Below are positions 26,407 to 35,379 of a DNA stretch of 60,190 nucleotides, piece after piece. Numbering within the stretch: position 1 is the first letter of the stretch; each line of letters begins with the position of its first letter. The DNA is from Anaerolineales bacterium (GTDB taxonomy: Bacteria > Chloroflexota > Anaerolineae > Anaerolineales > E44-bin32). The DNA is taken from assembly GCA_035471625.1 (NCBI GenBank), contig DATIPT010000025.1, forward strand, positions 1-60,190, in the 5' to 3' direction. Under the pieces are notes generated by a model, which saw only the letters and a program-made list of their open reading frames with translations, had not been told where the DNA came from and made no database searches. The translations under genes were made by a program, and so were the position numbers.

Positions 26407-26999
26407 GGGACTCCTCCCCTTTCTTCCATACTCCGCGTGGGTGCCTGTCGGCAAGCACGTATGTCCTTCGTCAACGCGAGCACATTCCTGCTCCTTGCCA
26501 GACCCGTCACCTCCTGAAAAACGGCCTCCGCCACCGGCCCGGCCGCCCGGCGAACCGCCGGGGTCAGACCCTCTCCCCAGCCCAGTTGGCCGAGTTGGAC
26601 GGCATAGACGACGATCGGCGGGAGGCGGACCCCCAGCGAGCTTAGCAGCAGCACCGCCTCGGCCAGTCCCAGCCCGTGCGCAAGCGCCAGAGCCTCCGGA
26701 TCAGGCCGAATGGCCGGCGTCGCGACCGGATGCCGGATCCACGCCCCGGGCTCACGGCCCATCGACGCAGCGTCGATGACGACGACCCGTCCACATCCTT
26801 CGCGGCCGAGAAGCTCCATCAAGTCTGCCCCGGCCGACTCCACCAGCCGCACCGAGGCGTCGCCGCCCAGCCTTCGACGAAGCCGGCGCACGACCTCCGG
26901 TCCGATCCCGTCGTCGCCGCGCAGCGGATTCCCCAGGCCGACGATCAACGTCGTCGTGGGCGGTTCTTGGTGCTGGTTCGACGGCGGCAACAATCGCAT
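26388..26999 (-). CDS. [NiFe]-hydrogenase maturation endopeptidase (for the group 3b enzyme)
   Basis: TLIVGLGNPLRGDDGIGPEV...VVVIDAA. ATG at 26999, 13 nt after the large-subunit stop. The upstream part of the 330-aa ORF is an out-of-frame overlap with that large-subunit gene. Confidence 0.75.
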   Translation of the reverse strand: MRLLPPSNQHQEPPTTTLIVGLGNPLRGDDGIGPEVVRRLRRRLGGDASVRLVESAGADLMELLGREGCGRVVVIDAASMGREPGAWIRHPVATPAIRPDPEALALAHGLGLAEAVLLLSSLGVRLPPIVVYAVQLGQLGWGEGLTPAVRRAAGPVAEAVFQEVTGLARSRNVLALTKDIRACRQAPTRSMEERGGVPWRRSS

Positions 27000-27012
27000 C
27001 CCGGCGCCTCTT

Positions 27013-28317
27013 CTAGGCATAGTCGATGTCGAGCACGTGCGTGGCGCACGAGATGCACGGGTCGTACGCCCGCACGAGCATTTCCAGCCGGCGGGTAACT
27101 TCGTCGGTCCCAAGCGGCAGGATCTGCGGTACCAGCTGGCGCATATCGGCCTCAAGGTTGGCCAGGTTCTGGTTGGTCGGGATGATGCAGTTCGCCCGGC
27201 CGACGATGGCGTTTTCGATCTGGTAGTGGTGGACCAGCATCCCTCGCGGCGCTTCGACCACACCGACCCCTTCCCCGGAGCGATGCGAAGGCATGACCAG
27301 GGACTCCCGCCGGAGTCCACGGTCGACCAGCCGCTGACACAGCGTGATCGCCTCTTCCAGGCAGTGCACGAGTTCCACAATCTGGGCGGCCGTGATCAGG
27401 TAGGGGTTGGACGCCTCCGGGGTCAGTCCGAGGGCGGCGGCGGCCCCCTTGGCTTTCGGGTGGAGCCGATCATGGTTGATCTTGAACCGGGCCAGCGCGC
27501 CGACCATGTAGGGGTTGCGGGCGTGGCGGGAATGCTTGGCCGTCGAATGGCTCACGACATGTTCCTCAACGACCCCGGCGTACCGGTCCACCGGCCACCG
27601 TCCTCCATCGGAGCAGGCGATGTCGCCATCGATGAAGGCGTATTCGTCGTCCCGCCTCAGGGCCAGCACCTCGGTCTCCCGGTTGAGCGGCGGGAAGGAG
27701 AGATCCCGGAACAGATCCAGGGTGGCGGCGACGTCGGCTCGCGCCTCGACGAGGCGATCGAGCAACCCGGCCACGGTGGCAGTCGTCGGGAGGTGCCTGA
27801 ACCCTCCCACGGCGATCGAGATGGGATGGGTGTGGCGACCGGCCAGCACAGCGCACAGATCACCCGCCAGGCGTTTCATCCGCAGCGCCCGGGTCACCAC
27901 CTCCGGTTGTTCTCCGGCCAGGGCGATGGCACTGGGCTGACCGAAGAAGTCGGGAGCGACGAGGAGATATGCGTGGAGGATGTGGCTGTCGAGGATCTCG
28001 CCGTAGAAGGCCAGCTTTCGCAGGTCTTCTGTCTGCGGACTGACCTCGATCCCAAGGGCTTTCTCGACCGCCCGTACCGAAGCTGTGGTGTGGGACACTG
28101 AGCAGATCCCGCAGATGCGCGACGCAAGGTGCGGCGCCTGGGCATGGGGGCGCCCAACCAGCATCGCTTCGAGGAAGCGGGGCGCCTCGACGACGTTCAG
28201 TTCGCACCGCTCGATGTCGCCCCGCCGGGTGTCGATCCGCAGGTGCCCGTGGCCTTCGATCCGGGTCAGATAGTGCAGGTCGATGTGGACGTCTTGCCGC
28301 GTTTCGACCGTCGCCAT
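27013..28317 (-). CDS. hyhL: [NiFe]-hydrogenase large (alpha) subunit, group 3b NAD(P)-linked / sulfhydrogenase type
   Basis: LTRIEGHG...RICGICSVSH and C-terminal DPCISCATH+VLDIDYA. The context is the beta, gamma and delta subunits. ATG at 28317. Confidence 0.85.
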   Translation of the reverse strand: MATVETRQDVHIDLHYLTRIEGHGHLRIDTRRGDIERCELNVVEAPRFLEAMLVGRPHAQAPHLASRICGICSVSHTTASVRAVEKALGIEVSPQTEDLRKLAFYGEILDSHILHAYLLVAPDFFGQPSAIALAGEQPEVVTRALRMKRLAGDLCAVLAGRHTHPISIAVGGFRHLPTTATVAGLLDRLVEARADVAATLDLFRDLSFPPLNRETEVLALRRDDEYAFIDGDIACSDGGRWPVDRYAGVVEEHVVSHSTAKHSRHARNPYMVGALARFKINHDRLHPKAKGAAAALGLTPEASNPYLITAAQIVELVHCLEEAITLCQRLVDRGLRRESLVMPSHRSGEGVGVVEAPRGMLVHHYQIENAIVGRANCIIPTNQNLANLEADMRQLVPQILPLGTDEVTRRLEMLVRAYDPCISCATHVLDIDYA

Positions 28318-28318
28318 G

Positions 28319-29080
28319 TCAGACCTCCTGCACAGCCAGTTCGCGCCGGAGGAATAGCTCGAGGGCGGCCTCGCTCGCCTCGGTTGCCAGGCCATGCTCG
28401 GCAAAGATGGTCCGCAGGGAGGCCTGGTTGGCATCGGGCACCAGGCCCCGGCAGGCTTCGCAGCCGGTGCCATAGGTCGGGCACAGCGCTCCGCATCCGG
28501 CGCGGGTGATCGGTCCCAGACAGACCTGACCATGCCGGATCAGGCATTCGTTCTCCCGCAGTTTGCACTCATAGCAGACCGGCGTGTCAGGCAGGCGGGG
28601 CAACCGACCCTGCAACAAGCACCGGACGCCGCGGATGAACTCGTCGCGGTCGATCGGACATCCGGGGATCACGGCGTCGACGTCGATCACCGATCCGATC
28701 GGTCGCGCCTCCCCGGTCTCAATCGAGTCGCCTGCCGGGCCGTATACCCTTCGGCGCAGTTCGTCGGGGTCCTTCCCGTGACACCCGGCGTTGACCCCAC
28801 CGATGTGGGCGCAGGCACCCAGGGCCACAACGTACTTCGCCTGTTTTCGAACCGCCAGGAGGCGGGCTTCGTCCGACGGTCGGGTGCAGCTACCTTCAAC
28901 GAACGCCACCTGGTAGTCTTCGCCGCGTTCACTCATCGCCTCCCGGAACTGCACGATCTCGACGGCCTCCAGCAGATCCGGATAGCGCTGCAGCGAGTCG
29001 ACCACCGTCAGCTGGCACCCCTCGCAGCTGGCGAAATCAAAGAAGGCGACGCGCGGTCTCGATGCTTTGTGGCCGCCCAT
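28319..29080 (-). CDS. hyhS: Group 3b hydrogenase small (delta) subunit
   Basis: RVAFFDFASCEGCQL...ALGACAHIGG..., the NuoB-like small-subunit pattern with distal FeS cysteines. The start shares one nucleotide with the gamma-subunit stop. Confidence 0.8.
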   Translation of the reverse strand: MGGHKASRPRVAFFDFASCEGCQLTVVDSLQRYPDLLEAVEIVQFREAMSERGEDYQVAFVEGSCTRPSDEARLLAVRKQAKYVVALGACAHIGGVNAGCHGKDPDELRRRVYGPAGDSIETGEARPIGSVIDVDAVIPGCPIDRDEFIRGVRCLLQGRLPRLPDTPVCYECKLRENECLIRHGQVCLGPITRAGCGALCPTYGTGCEACRGLVPDANQASLRTIFAEHGLATEASEAALELFLRRELAVQEV

Positions 29081-29931
29081 TAGAGCGCCTCCGGCAGGGG
29101 CTTGATCGAGTCGTACGAGAACACGGGGCCGTCCTGACACGTGAAGATGTGATCCATCTGGCAGTGCCCGCACTTGCCCACGCCGCACTTCATCCGGCGT
29201 TCGAGGCTGAGCCAGATGTCGCCCTCCGGGATCCCCTTGGCCAGCAGCTCGATCAGCACGAAGCGATACATGACCGGCGGTCCGACGGTCACCGCGACCG
29301 TATTGCGCGGATGAACCTGGACCTTCGGGAAGAGCGTCGTGATGACACCGACATTGCCCGTCCACCCCTCATCGGGGCGATCGACGGTCAGGTGGACCTC
29401 CAGATCCCCACGCTTGGCCCAATCCTCTAGCTCCTCCGTGAACAGGAGCTCGGACGGATGCCTGGCGCCGTAGAGCATGGTGACCCGTCCAAAATGCCGA
29501 CGTTCGTCGAGCACCTGCTGGATCAGGGACCGCAGCGGCGCCAGACCGAGCCCTCCCGGCGCCAGCAGGAGATCCTTCCCACGGAACTGATGGATCGGAA
29601 ACCCGTGCCCGAACGGTCCGCGCACGCCGATGGCGTCCCCGGCGTGAAGGGTGTGCAGGGCCGAAGTCACCTCCCCCACCCGACGGACGCACAGCTCGAA
29701 GGTTCCGTTGCTGCGGCTGGGCGAAGACGAGATGCTGATCGGCGCCTCGCCAACCCCGAAGACGGAGACCTCGAGGAATTGGCCCGGATCATGATGGAGC
29801 GAGACGCCTGCCGGGAGTTCGATGGTGAACAAGGTCTCCAGCTTTGTCAGCCGCCGCAGACTGCGAATACGGGCCTCCACCGGGAGATAGACGGAGGTGG
29901 CGTCGAGGGTCTCGCGCAGCCGCGTGGTCAT
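29080..29931 (-). CDS. hyhG: Group 3b hydrogenase gamma subunit (FAD/NAD(P)-binding, 2Fe-2S; PyrK/AsrB-like)
   Basis: Ferredoxin-reductase-type fold with GEAPISISS...LLLAPGGLGLAPL and C-terminal CGVGKCGHCQ. ATGA overlap with the beta subunit. Confidence 0.8.
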   Translation of the reverse strand: MTTRLRETLDATSVYLPVEARIRSLRRLTKLETLFTIELPAGVSLHHDPGQFLEVSVFGVGEAPISISSSPSRSNGTFELCVRRVGEVTSALHTLHAGDAIGVRGPFGHGFPIHQFRGKDLLLAPGGLGLAPLRSLIQQVLDERRHFGRVTMLYGARHPSELLFTEELEDWAKRGDLEVHLTVDRPDEGWTGNVGVITTLFPKVQVHPRNTVAVTVGPPVMYRFVLIELLAKGIPEGDIWLSLERRMKCGVGKCGHCQMDHIFTCQDGPVFSYDSIKPLPEAL

Positions 29932-30983
29932 GCGACCACCTCCGTAGCCGTCGGGCGGGCTTCTCCCATCCGGCGATACAGCGCGTTGTAGGTCTCGATC
30001 GGCGTAATCCGCGCCAGGCAGGCCGTCGCGCACCGGCCGCAGCCGACACACCCGGGCAGTCCGAAGGCCTTCTTCTGGTAGCGCCCCTTGCGCAGGAAGC
30101 GGTGGCGCAGCCGGCCCGCACGATCAGCCCGGAAGTTGTGTCCTCCGGCGACCACCGCAAACGAGGCGATCTGACAGGAGTCCCAGACGCGGACACGCGA
30201 TCCGGATTCCAGGGAGAGATCCATTTCGTCGCGGACATCGAAGCAGGTGCAGGTTGGACAGACCAGGGTGCAGGCGCCGCACCCCAGGCAGCGCGCCGCA
30301 AGTTCCGTCCACACTTCGCTGCTCCGACTCGAGAGCATCAGGGCTGGCAGCTGGCTGACGTCGAAGTCGAGCCGATTCGGGAAGCGCGCCCACTTCTCTC
30401 CCATGACCCGGTCCAGCCGACGCAGGTCGTCCTCGGCTGCGGTGGGGAGGCTGATCGAATCCTCCAGCAGCGCTCTACCCTGCTCCGTGCCGACTTCGAC
30501 GACATACGCTTCGCCCAGGTCGGTCAGGTGCAGGTCGACGCCTTCGGGCGGCGCAATCGTCCCCATGCTCTTGCAGAACGCCTGGTCCGTGCACGGCCGG
30601 AGGCACTCGAGACCGACGACGACGGTTTCCGCCCGCTGCGCTCGATACAGCGGGTCGGGCGGATCCCCACCGTAGGCGCGGTCGAGCAAGGTCAGGGCGT
30701 GCAGATCGCACGTGTGAACGCCAAGCAGGACCGTAGGAACGGCGTCGCGACAGATTTCAGGCCGTCCCTCACAATAGTTGAAGAGGACCTGTCGCGTGGG
30801 TAGGAGTGCTTTCTTCGGCGGGAGGATCGTGGTCGGGTAGTCCAGAGCAATCTCATCCGCCGACCGGATCTCACCGAAGCCCCACCCTCCATTCGAGGCC
30901 TGCGGGCCGACGACCCGCCAACTCCCTTGAAGGCCCTCCACCCATTCGAAGATACGCTGCTTGCCCAAGATGCGGACGTTCAT
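29928..30983 (-). CDS. hyhB: Group 3b hydrogenase beta subunit (AsrA-like 4Fe-4S protein)
   Basis: CLGCGACTLVCPTCTCFDV and CVGCGRCATAC motifs; size and position are typical of HydB. ATGA overlap with the preceding protease gene. Confidence 0.8.
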   Translation of the reverse strand: MNVRILGKQRIFEWVEGLQGSWRVVGPQASNGGWGFGEIRSADEIALDYPTTILPPKKALLPTRQVLFNYCEGRPEICRDAVPTVLLGVHTCDLHALTLLDRAYGGDPPDPLYRAQRAETVVVGLECLRPCTDQAFCKSMGTIAPPEGVDLHLTDLGEAYVVEVGTEQGRALLEDSISLPTAAEDDLRRLDRVMGEKWARFPNRLDFDVSQLPALMLSSRSSEVWTELAARCLGCGACTLVCPTCTCFDVRDEMDLSLESGSRVRVWDSCQIASFAVVAGGHNFRADRAGRLRHRFLRKGRYQKKAFGLPGCVGCGRCATACLARITPIETYNALYRRMGEARPTATEVVA

Positions 30984-31483
30984 ACGGCCCGCTCCTCCTC
31001 ACCGCCAACATGGCCGAATTCCGGTCGGTGTGCGGCCAGCGCTGCCAAGCCGCCTCGCGTCAGACTTCGGACGGCCGCCTCGACCGGCGGGGTCAGACCT
31101 TCCCCGAACGAGGTATCGCCGGGTTCGATCCCCATGATGATCACTTCGCAACCCAAGGATCCCTGGATGAGTCTGCAGAAGGTCGGCAACGGGAGGGTGT
31201 GAGTGGAAGCCCCGCACCTCCCGGCCTCCGCCAGGGAGAGCCATCGGACGGTGCCCGGTTCGGCGCCCATCTGGGCCGCGTCGATGACCACGACGAGATC
31301 GGGATGGAATGCCCGCAGCAGGCCGATGCAGTTCTCGGGCGCGGGGCCCCCGTCGACGACCAGAACTCCGGGGTGCAGACCCAGGTCGGCGCGCATCCGA
31401 TCACAGACCTCCGGGCCGGCCGCGTCATCCCGGCGCAGCCGATGGCCGACCCCGAGGATGGCGACGCGACGCGCCTCAGCCAC
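30980..31483 (-). CDS. hycI: HycI-type hydrogenase maturation endopeptidase (for the group 4 enzyme)
   Basis: VAILGVGHRLRRDDAAGPEV...LVVVIDAAQMG...THTLPL. I prefer the GTG at 31483 because it overlaps the end of the upstream ferredoxin subunit. Upstream ORF codons overlap that gene. Confidence 0.7.
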   Translation of the reverse strand: MAEARRVAILGVGHRLRRDDAAGPEVCDRMRADLGLHPGVLVVDGGPAPENCIGLLRAFHPDLVVVIDAAQMGAEPGTVRWLSLAEAGRCGASTHTLPLPTFCRLIQGSLGCEVIIMGIEPGDTSFGEGLTPPVEAAVRSLTRGGLAALAAHRPEFGHVGGEEERAV

Positions 31484-31949
31484 TTCCGGTCTCCTCGGTC
31501 GGTGGGGACAGTTCCCCTCCCAGACCTTCCTCGGCGGGACCCGCCAGAGACCGGGTCGTGATGCCGGCCAATACATCCTCAACGTCCTTCGCCTCCCCGA
31601 AATGAACCATCAGGTCGCGGCGGCCCAGCGAGGCGAGCTCCCACTGATCAGCGCGCAACGTCAGACTTCCCTGCTTGCAGCTGAAGGCGCATTGGCCGCA
31701 GAACGTGCAGCGGTCGACGTGGAAGCCGAAGACGATGCTCTTCGCCTTCTTGTCGAACACCACCAGCTCGATCGCCTGGGACGGGCAGTCGGTGGCGCAC
31801 AGGCCGCAACCGGTGCACGTCTCGCGAGTCCACACCGGCAGCCCGCGCAGACGCTCCGGCGCCGGTCGCCGCTCGAAGGGATAGCGCTCGGTAGTCGGCG
31901 GGCGGAACAGGGAGGGGATGACATCCGGGAACATCGTCGCCAGTTTCAT
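31476..31949 (-). CDS. Group 4 hydrogenase 2x[4Fe-4S] subunit (NuoI/HycF/MbhN-like)
   Basis: CTGCGLCATDCP ... CTFCGQCAFSC. ATGA overlap with the NuoH-like gene. Confidence 0.8.
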   Translation of the reverse strand: MKLATMFPDVIPSLFRPPTTERYPFERRPAPERLRGLPVWTRETCTGCGLCATDCPSQAIELVVFDKKAKSIVFGFHVDRCTFCGQCAFSCKQGSLTLRADQWELASLGRRDLMVHFGEAKDVEDVLAGITTRSLAGPAEEGLGGELSPPTEETGSG

Positions 31950-32869
31950 CGCCACGCTCCCTCCAAGAGCCAGGTCACGCCCCACTGGACCAGGACGAGC
32001 AAGACCCCGAAGCGCCACCACAATCCGACAGTTTGATCGATGCGGAGGCGGGCCAGGACCGCCTGAAGTCCCGCCACGACCAGCAGCAACCCCAGAGTTT
32101 TGAGGAAGAAGGCCAGCGGTCCTTCCACGCCGCCAAGATAGAAGGCGGCCACAAGCGTCAGCCCTAACACGAGCTCCACATCCTTCCCGAGGCGGAAGAG
32201 CGCCAGGCCGCGCCCGCTGTACTCCGTCAGGGCGCCAGCGACAACCTCCGTCTCGGCCTCGGGGGCGTCGAAGGGCGGGAGCTCGAGCTTCCCCATCAAC
32301 CCGATCAGTGCCACCAGGAACCCCAACGGCTGCGTCAGGATGAACCAGCGCTCCCCAGCCGCTTCGGCGATCGTGCCGATCTGCCAACTTCGGGCGACGA
32401 GCGCTGGTCCCAGGAGCGCCAACAGGAAGGGCGCTTCGTAGGAGAAGAGCTGGGTGAGAGTGCGGGTGGCACCGACGAGCGAGAACCGCCCAACTGCATT
32501 CGACCCCGCCAGGCCGATCGACATCGTCAGCAGGCTGAGCAAGTAGATCGTGACGATCAGGTCCCCCGGGAAACTGAAGACGGGGCCCAGGCCGGCCAGC
32601 GGAATGTACAGCGCGGCCGTGAGGGGCGCGGCCAATCCGACGATCGGAAGACCGACGAACAGAAACCGATTGACGCCTTCCGGAATCACCTCTTCTTTGG
32701 CCAGGAGCTTGACCACATCAGCCAGCGGCTGGAACCAGCGCGGGCCGACGCGGTTCTGCAGCTTTGCCAACAGCTTCCGATCGACCCATTCGTACGCCAG
32801 GCTGGCCGCCAGCAGGAAGAAGCCGCTCGGGAAGACCAGGATGGCGGCAAGGCTAGTCGCGGTGTCCAT
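31946..32869 (-). CDS. Group 4 hydrogenase membrane subunit (NuoH/HycD/MbhM-like)
   Basis: YEWVDRKLLAKLQNRVGPRWFQPLADVVKLLAKE, the NuoH N-terminal signature; polytopic. Confidence 0.85.
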   Translation of the reverse strand: MDTATSLAAILVFPSGFFLLAASLAYEWVDRKLLAKLQNRVGPRWFQPLADVVKLLAKEEVIPEGVNRFLFVGLPIVGLAAPLTAALYIPLAGLGPVFSFPGDLIVTIYLLSLLTMSIGLAGSNAVGRFSLVGATRTLTQLFSYEAPFLLALLGPALVARSWQIGTIAEAAGERWFILTQPLGFLVALIGLMGKLELPPFDAPEAETEVVAGALTEYSGRGLALFRLGKDVELVLGLTLVAAFYLGGVEGPLAFFLKTLGLLLVVAGLQAVLARLRIDQTVGLWWRFGVLLVLVQWGVTWLLEGAWR

Positions 32870-34049
32870 GTCCGTCCTCGCGGCTGTTCCGGCGAAGTTC
32901 GTCCCAGGTCCAGATCCGGCTGCCGCCGGTGATCTCGTCGAGCTGCACAGTGCGGTCGTTGCACGAGAAGCACGGGTCGATCCCGGCCAGGATCATGGGC
33001 ACATCGGCCAACTGGTGACCGATGACGAGCTTGACGACCGACGTCAGGTTGCAGATGGTCGGGGTCCTGACCTTGATTCGTTCCGGCGTGTCGCTGCCGT
33101 TGCTCTTGAGGAAGTAGAACAACTCCCCACGCGGCGCCTCCACCCGGCTGACCGTCTCGCCCTCGGGGATCCGCCGCGGCATCCGCCCACGGAGATCGCC
33201 CGGCGGCAGGTTGTCGAGCAAGTAGCGGATCAGGCGATAGCACTCGAACAACTCGCGCATCCGGACGACGAAACGTGCTTCCAGATCGCCAGCGCTCTCG
33301 ACGACCCGCACTACGGGGTAGCGGTCGTACGCGGCGTACGGCGCATCGACGCGCACGTCGCGGGTGACCCCCGAGGCCCGCGCCGTCGGACCGACGGCCC
33401 CCATGACCTCGGCCTGGTTGCGAGTCATGACGCCAATGCCGCGGGTGCGCTGGAGGAAGAGAGCGTCGGTCGTCACGACATCTAGATAGTGGTACGAACG
33501 TCCTTCGAGTCCGTCGATGGCGCGCAGGATGGCACCGCGCTGGGCATCGTCCACGTCGTTCTTGACCCCGCCCAGGACATTGGCCGAGTAGTTCACCCGA
33601 TTCCCGGTGAGCCCCTCGAGGACATCCATGATCGCTTCGCGATCGCGCCACGAGTACATGAACAAGGTGTCGAAGCCGGCCTCGTGCGCCGCCACGCCGA
33701 GCCACAACAGGTGGCTGTGGATCCGCTCGAGCTCGGCCACCAGGACCCGGATCGCCTGGGCACGCGGCGGCACTTCAGCCCCGGCCAGGCGCTCGACCCC
33801 CAGGCAGTACGCCGTCGCATGGATATGAGAGCAGATCCCGCAGACGCGCTCGAACAGGTAGAGGTTGCGCACCCAATTGCGCGACTCGGCCGCCTTCTCG
33901 ATCCCTCGGTGGGCGTACCCCAGCCGAACGAAGGCATCGGTGACGATCTCGCCGTCGACCGTGATGCGGAAATGCGACGGCTCCTTCAGCGCCGGATGCT
34001 GCGGCCCGATGGGGACGGTGAAGAGTTCGCTGCGAGTCGTCTCCTGCAT
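32853..34049 (-). CDS. Group 4 membrane-bound [NiFe]-hydrogenase large subunit (NuoD homologue retaining the Ni-Fe ligands)
   Basis: PIGPQHPALKEP..., L1 motif RVCGICSHIH, and L2 motif DPCFSCNDR followed by a 32-aa tail. ATG at 34049 with GAGGAGGG upstream. Confidence 0.88.
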   Translation of the reverse strand: MQETTRSELFTVPIGPQHPALKEPSHFRITVDGEIVTDAFVRLGYAHRGIEKAAESRNWVRNLYLFERVCGICSHIHATAYCLGVERLAGAEVPPRAQAIRVLVAELERIHSHLLWLGVAAHEAGFDTLFMYSWRDREAIMDVLEGLTGNRVNYSANVLGGVKNDVDDAQRGAILRAIDGLEGRSYHYLDVVTTDALFLQRTRGIGVMTRNQAEVMGAVGPTARASGVTRDVRVDAPYAAYDRYPVVRVVESAGDLEARFVVRMRELFECYRLIRYLLDNLPPGDLRGRMPRRIPEGETVSRVEAPRGELFYFLKSNGSDTPERIKVRTPTICNLTSVVKLVIGHQLADVPMILAGIDPCFSCNDRTVQLDEITGGSRIWTWDELRRNSREDGHGHRD

Positions 34050-34059
34050 CTCACCCTCC

Positions 34060-34542
34060 TCAGGATTCCACGGCACCGGCTAACATCGGCGGGGTGCAGT
34101 CCTTGCGCAGTGGATAGGTCGCCTCGGGCCACTCATCCGGCAGGTACAGATAGCCCGCCGGCCTCAGGCCTTCAAAGGTCACCCCGAACATCTCGGCGAT
34201 CTCCCGTTCCGAGCTCTCTGCGCTGGGGATGATGTCGCTCAGCGTCGGGACGACGGCACCTTGGCGCGGCACCGACAGGCGCAGCGTGATCACGGCCGCC
34301 CCGTGGCAGAAGTGGTAGAGCAGCTCGAGCGTCCCGCCATCCGGGCCCCGGTCGAGACCGGTGACGGCCGCCAGGTACCCGAGCCGCTGCACCCGCAGGG
34401 CCACGGCAACCGGCACGAGGTCGGCCGGGGAGGTCAGGATCACATCGAGCCGCGTCGGTTCGGGCTGGCGCGTTTCCAGCCGCCAGCTCCAGCGCTCGGC
34501 CAACTCACGTCCGATCTCGATCGCCTTCTCCGTCGGCATCAT
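34060..34542 (-). CDS. Group 4 hydrogenase NuoC/MbhK-like subunit
   Basis: LELLYHF...SAESSEREIAEMFGVTFEG, the 30-kDa subunit pattern. Confidence 0.8.
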   Translation of the reverse strand: MMPTEKAIEIGRELAERWSWRLETRQPEPTRLDVILTSPADLVPVAVALRVQRLGYLAAVTGLDRGPDGGTLELLYHFCHGAAVITLRLSVPRQGAVVPTLSDIIPSAESSEREIAEMFGVTFEGLRPAGYLYLPDEWPEATYPLRKDCTPPMLAGAVES

Positions 34543-35033
34543 CGCAACACCTCTTCAAGCGGGGCGACGGCCACCGGCGCCGGCGCCAGACTCATCAGCA
34601 GTTTCACAACACCGTCGATGATCGCTTCCGGTCGCGGCGGGCACCCCGGGATGTAGGCGTTCACGGGGACCACCTGGTCGATCCCGCCGGCGACGTTGTA
34701 GCAACCGCGGAACGCGCCTCCCGACAGCGCACAGGAGCCGATGGCGACGACGAACTTCGGCTCATGCATCTGCTCATACACCCGGACCAGGCGCTGGCGC
34801 GCCTGCGCCGTCACCGGGCCGGTGCACAGCAGCACATCCGCGTGGCGCGGGCTCCCCTTCAACTTGACTCCGAAGCGTTCGAGGTCGTAGCGCGGGGTGA
34901 GCGTCGCCAGGATCTCGATGTCGCAACCGTTGCACGACCCGGTGTTGAAGTGCACCACCCACGGGGAGTTGATACGCGCCCAGGTCTTCAAGCGATCCAG
35001 GCTCTCGACAATCGGATTGGGGCTGGGTGCCAT
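34539..35033 (-). CDS. Group 4 hydrogenase small subunit (NuoB/MbhJ-like)
   Basis: SCNGCDIE...AIGSCALSGG...IPGCPPRPE, the N2-type cluster ligands. Confidence 0.88.
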   Translation of the reverse strand: MAPSPNPIVESLDRLKTWARINSPWVVHFNTGSCNGCDIEILATLTPRYDLERFGVKLKGSPRHADVLLCTGPVTAQARQRLVRVYEQMHEPKFVVAIGSCALSGGAFRGCYNVAGGIDQVVPVNAYIPGCPPRPEAIIDGVVKLLMSLAPAPVAVAPLEEVLR

Positions 35034-35043
35034 TGTCGCCTCC

Positions 35044-35379
35044 TCAACCCAAGACCAGTGCCAGCAGGGCGAGCATCAGCCCAATCAAGTAGATCCCCGA
35101 CATCGGAAGGAACTGACTGCTGCCGAGCATCAGCACGCCCAGGTGCAGGATGGTGAAGAAGAGCGCCACGACGAAGAACGGCCGATACCCGGGCGCGGCC
35201 GCCGACTTGGGCGGAGCCTCTCCGCTCGAGTAGGCGCTGATCTTCATCTCGGTGGCCTTGGCCGGACCGGCAAGGTAGCGTCCGAGGGCGGCCAGGCCCG
35301 CCACCAGCGCGACATAGATCAGGAAGGCAACCGGCGGTGTCAGGACCAGCAAGGGGCTCGTCTCCACCTCATCCTCCAA
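35044..35379 (-). CDS. Small three-TM membrane subunit, NuoA/MbhI-like
   Basis: 111 aa. The central segment KISAYSSGEAPPKS...YRPFFVVALFFTILHLGVLML parallels the NuoA pattern YExG...fy.va.lFiiFD. The assignment is tentative. Confidence 0.5.
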   Translation of the reverse strand: MEDEVETSPLLVLTPPVAFLIYVALVAGLAALGRYLAGPAKATEMKISAYSSGEAPPKSAAAPGYRPFFVVALFFTILHLGVLMLGSSQFLPMSGIYLIGLMLALLALVLG

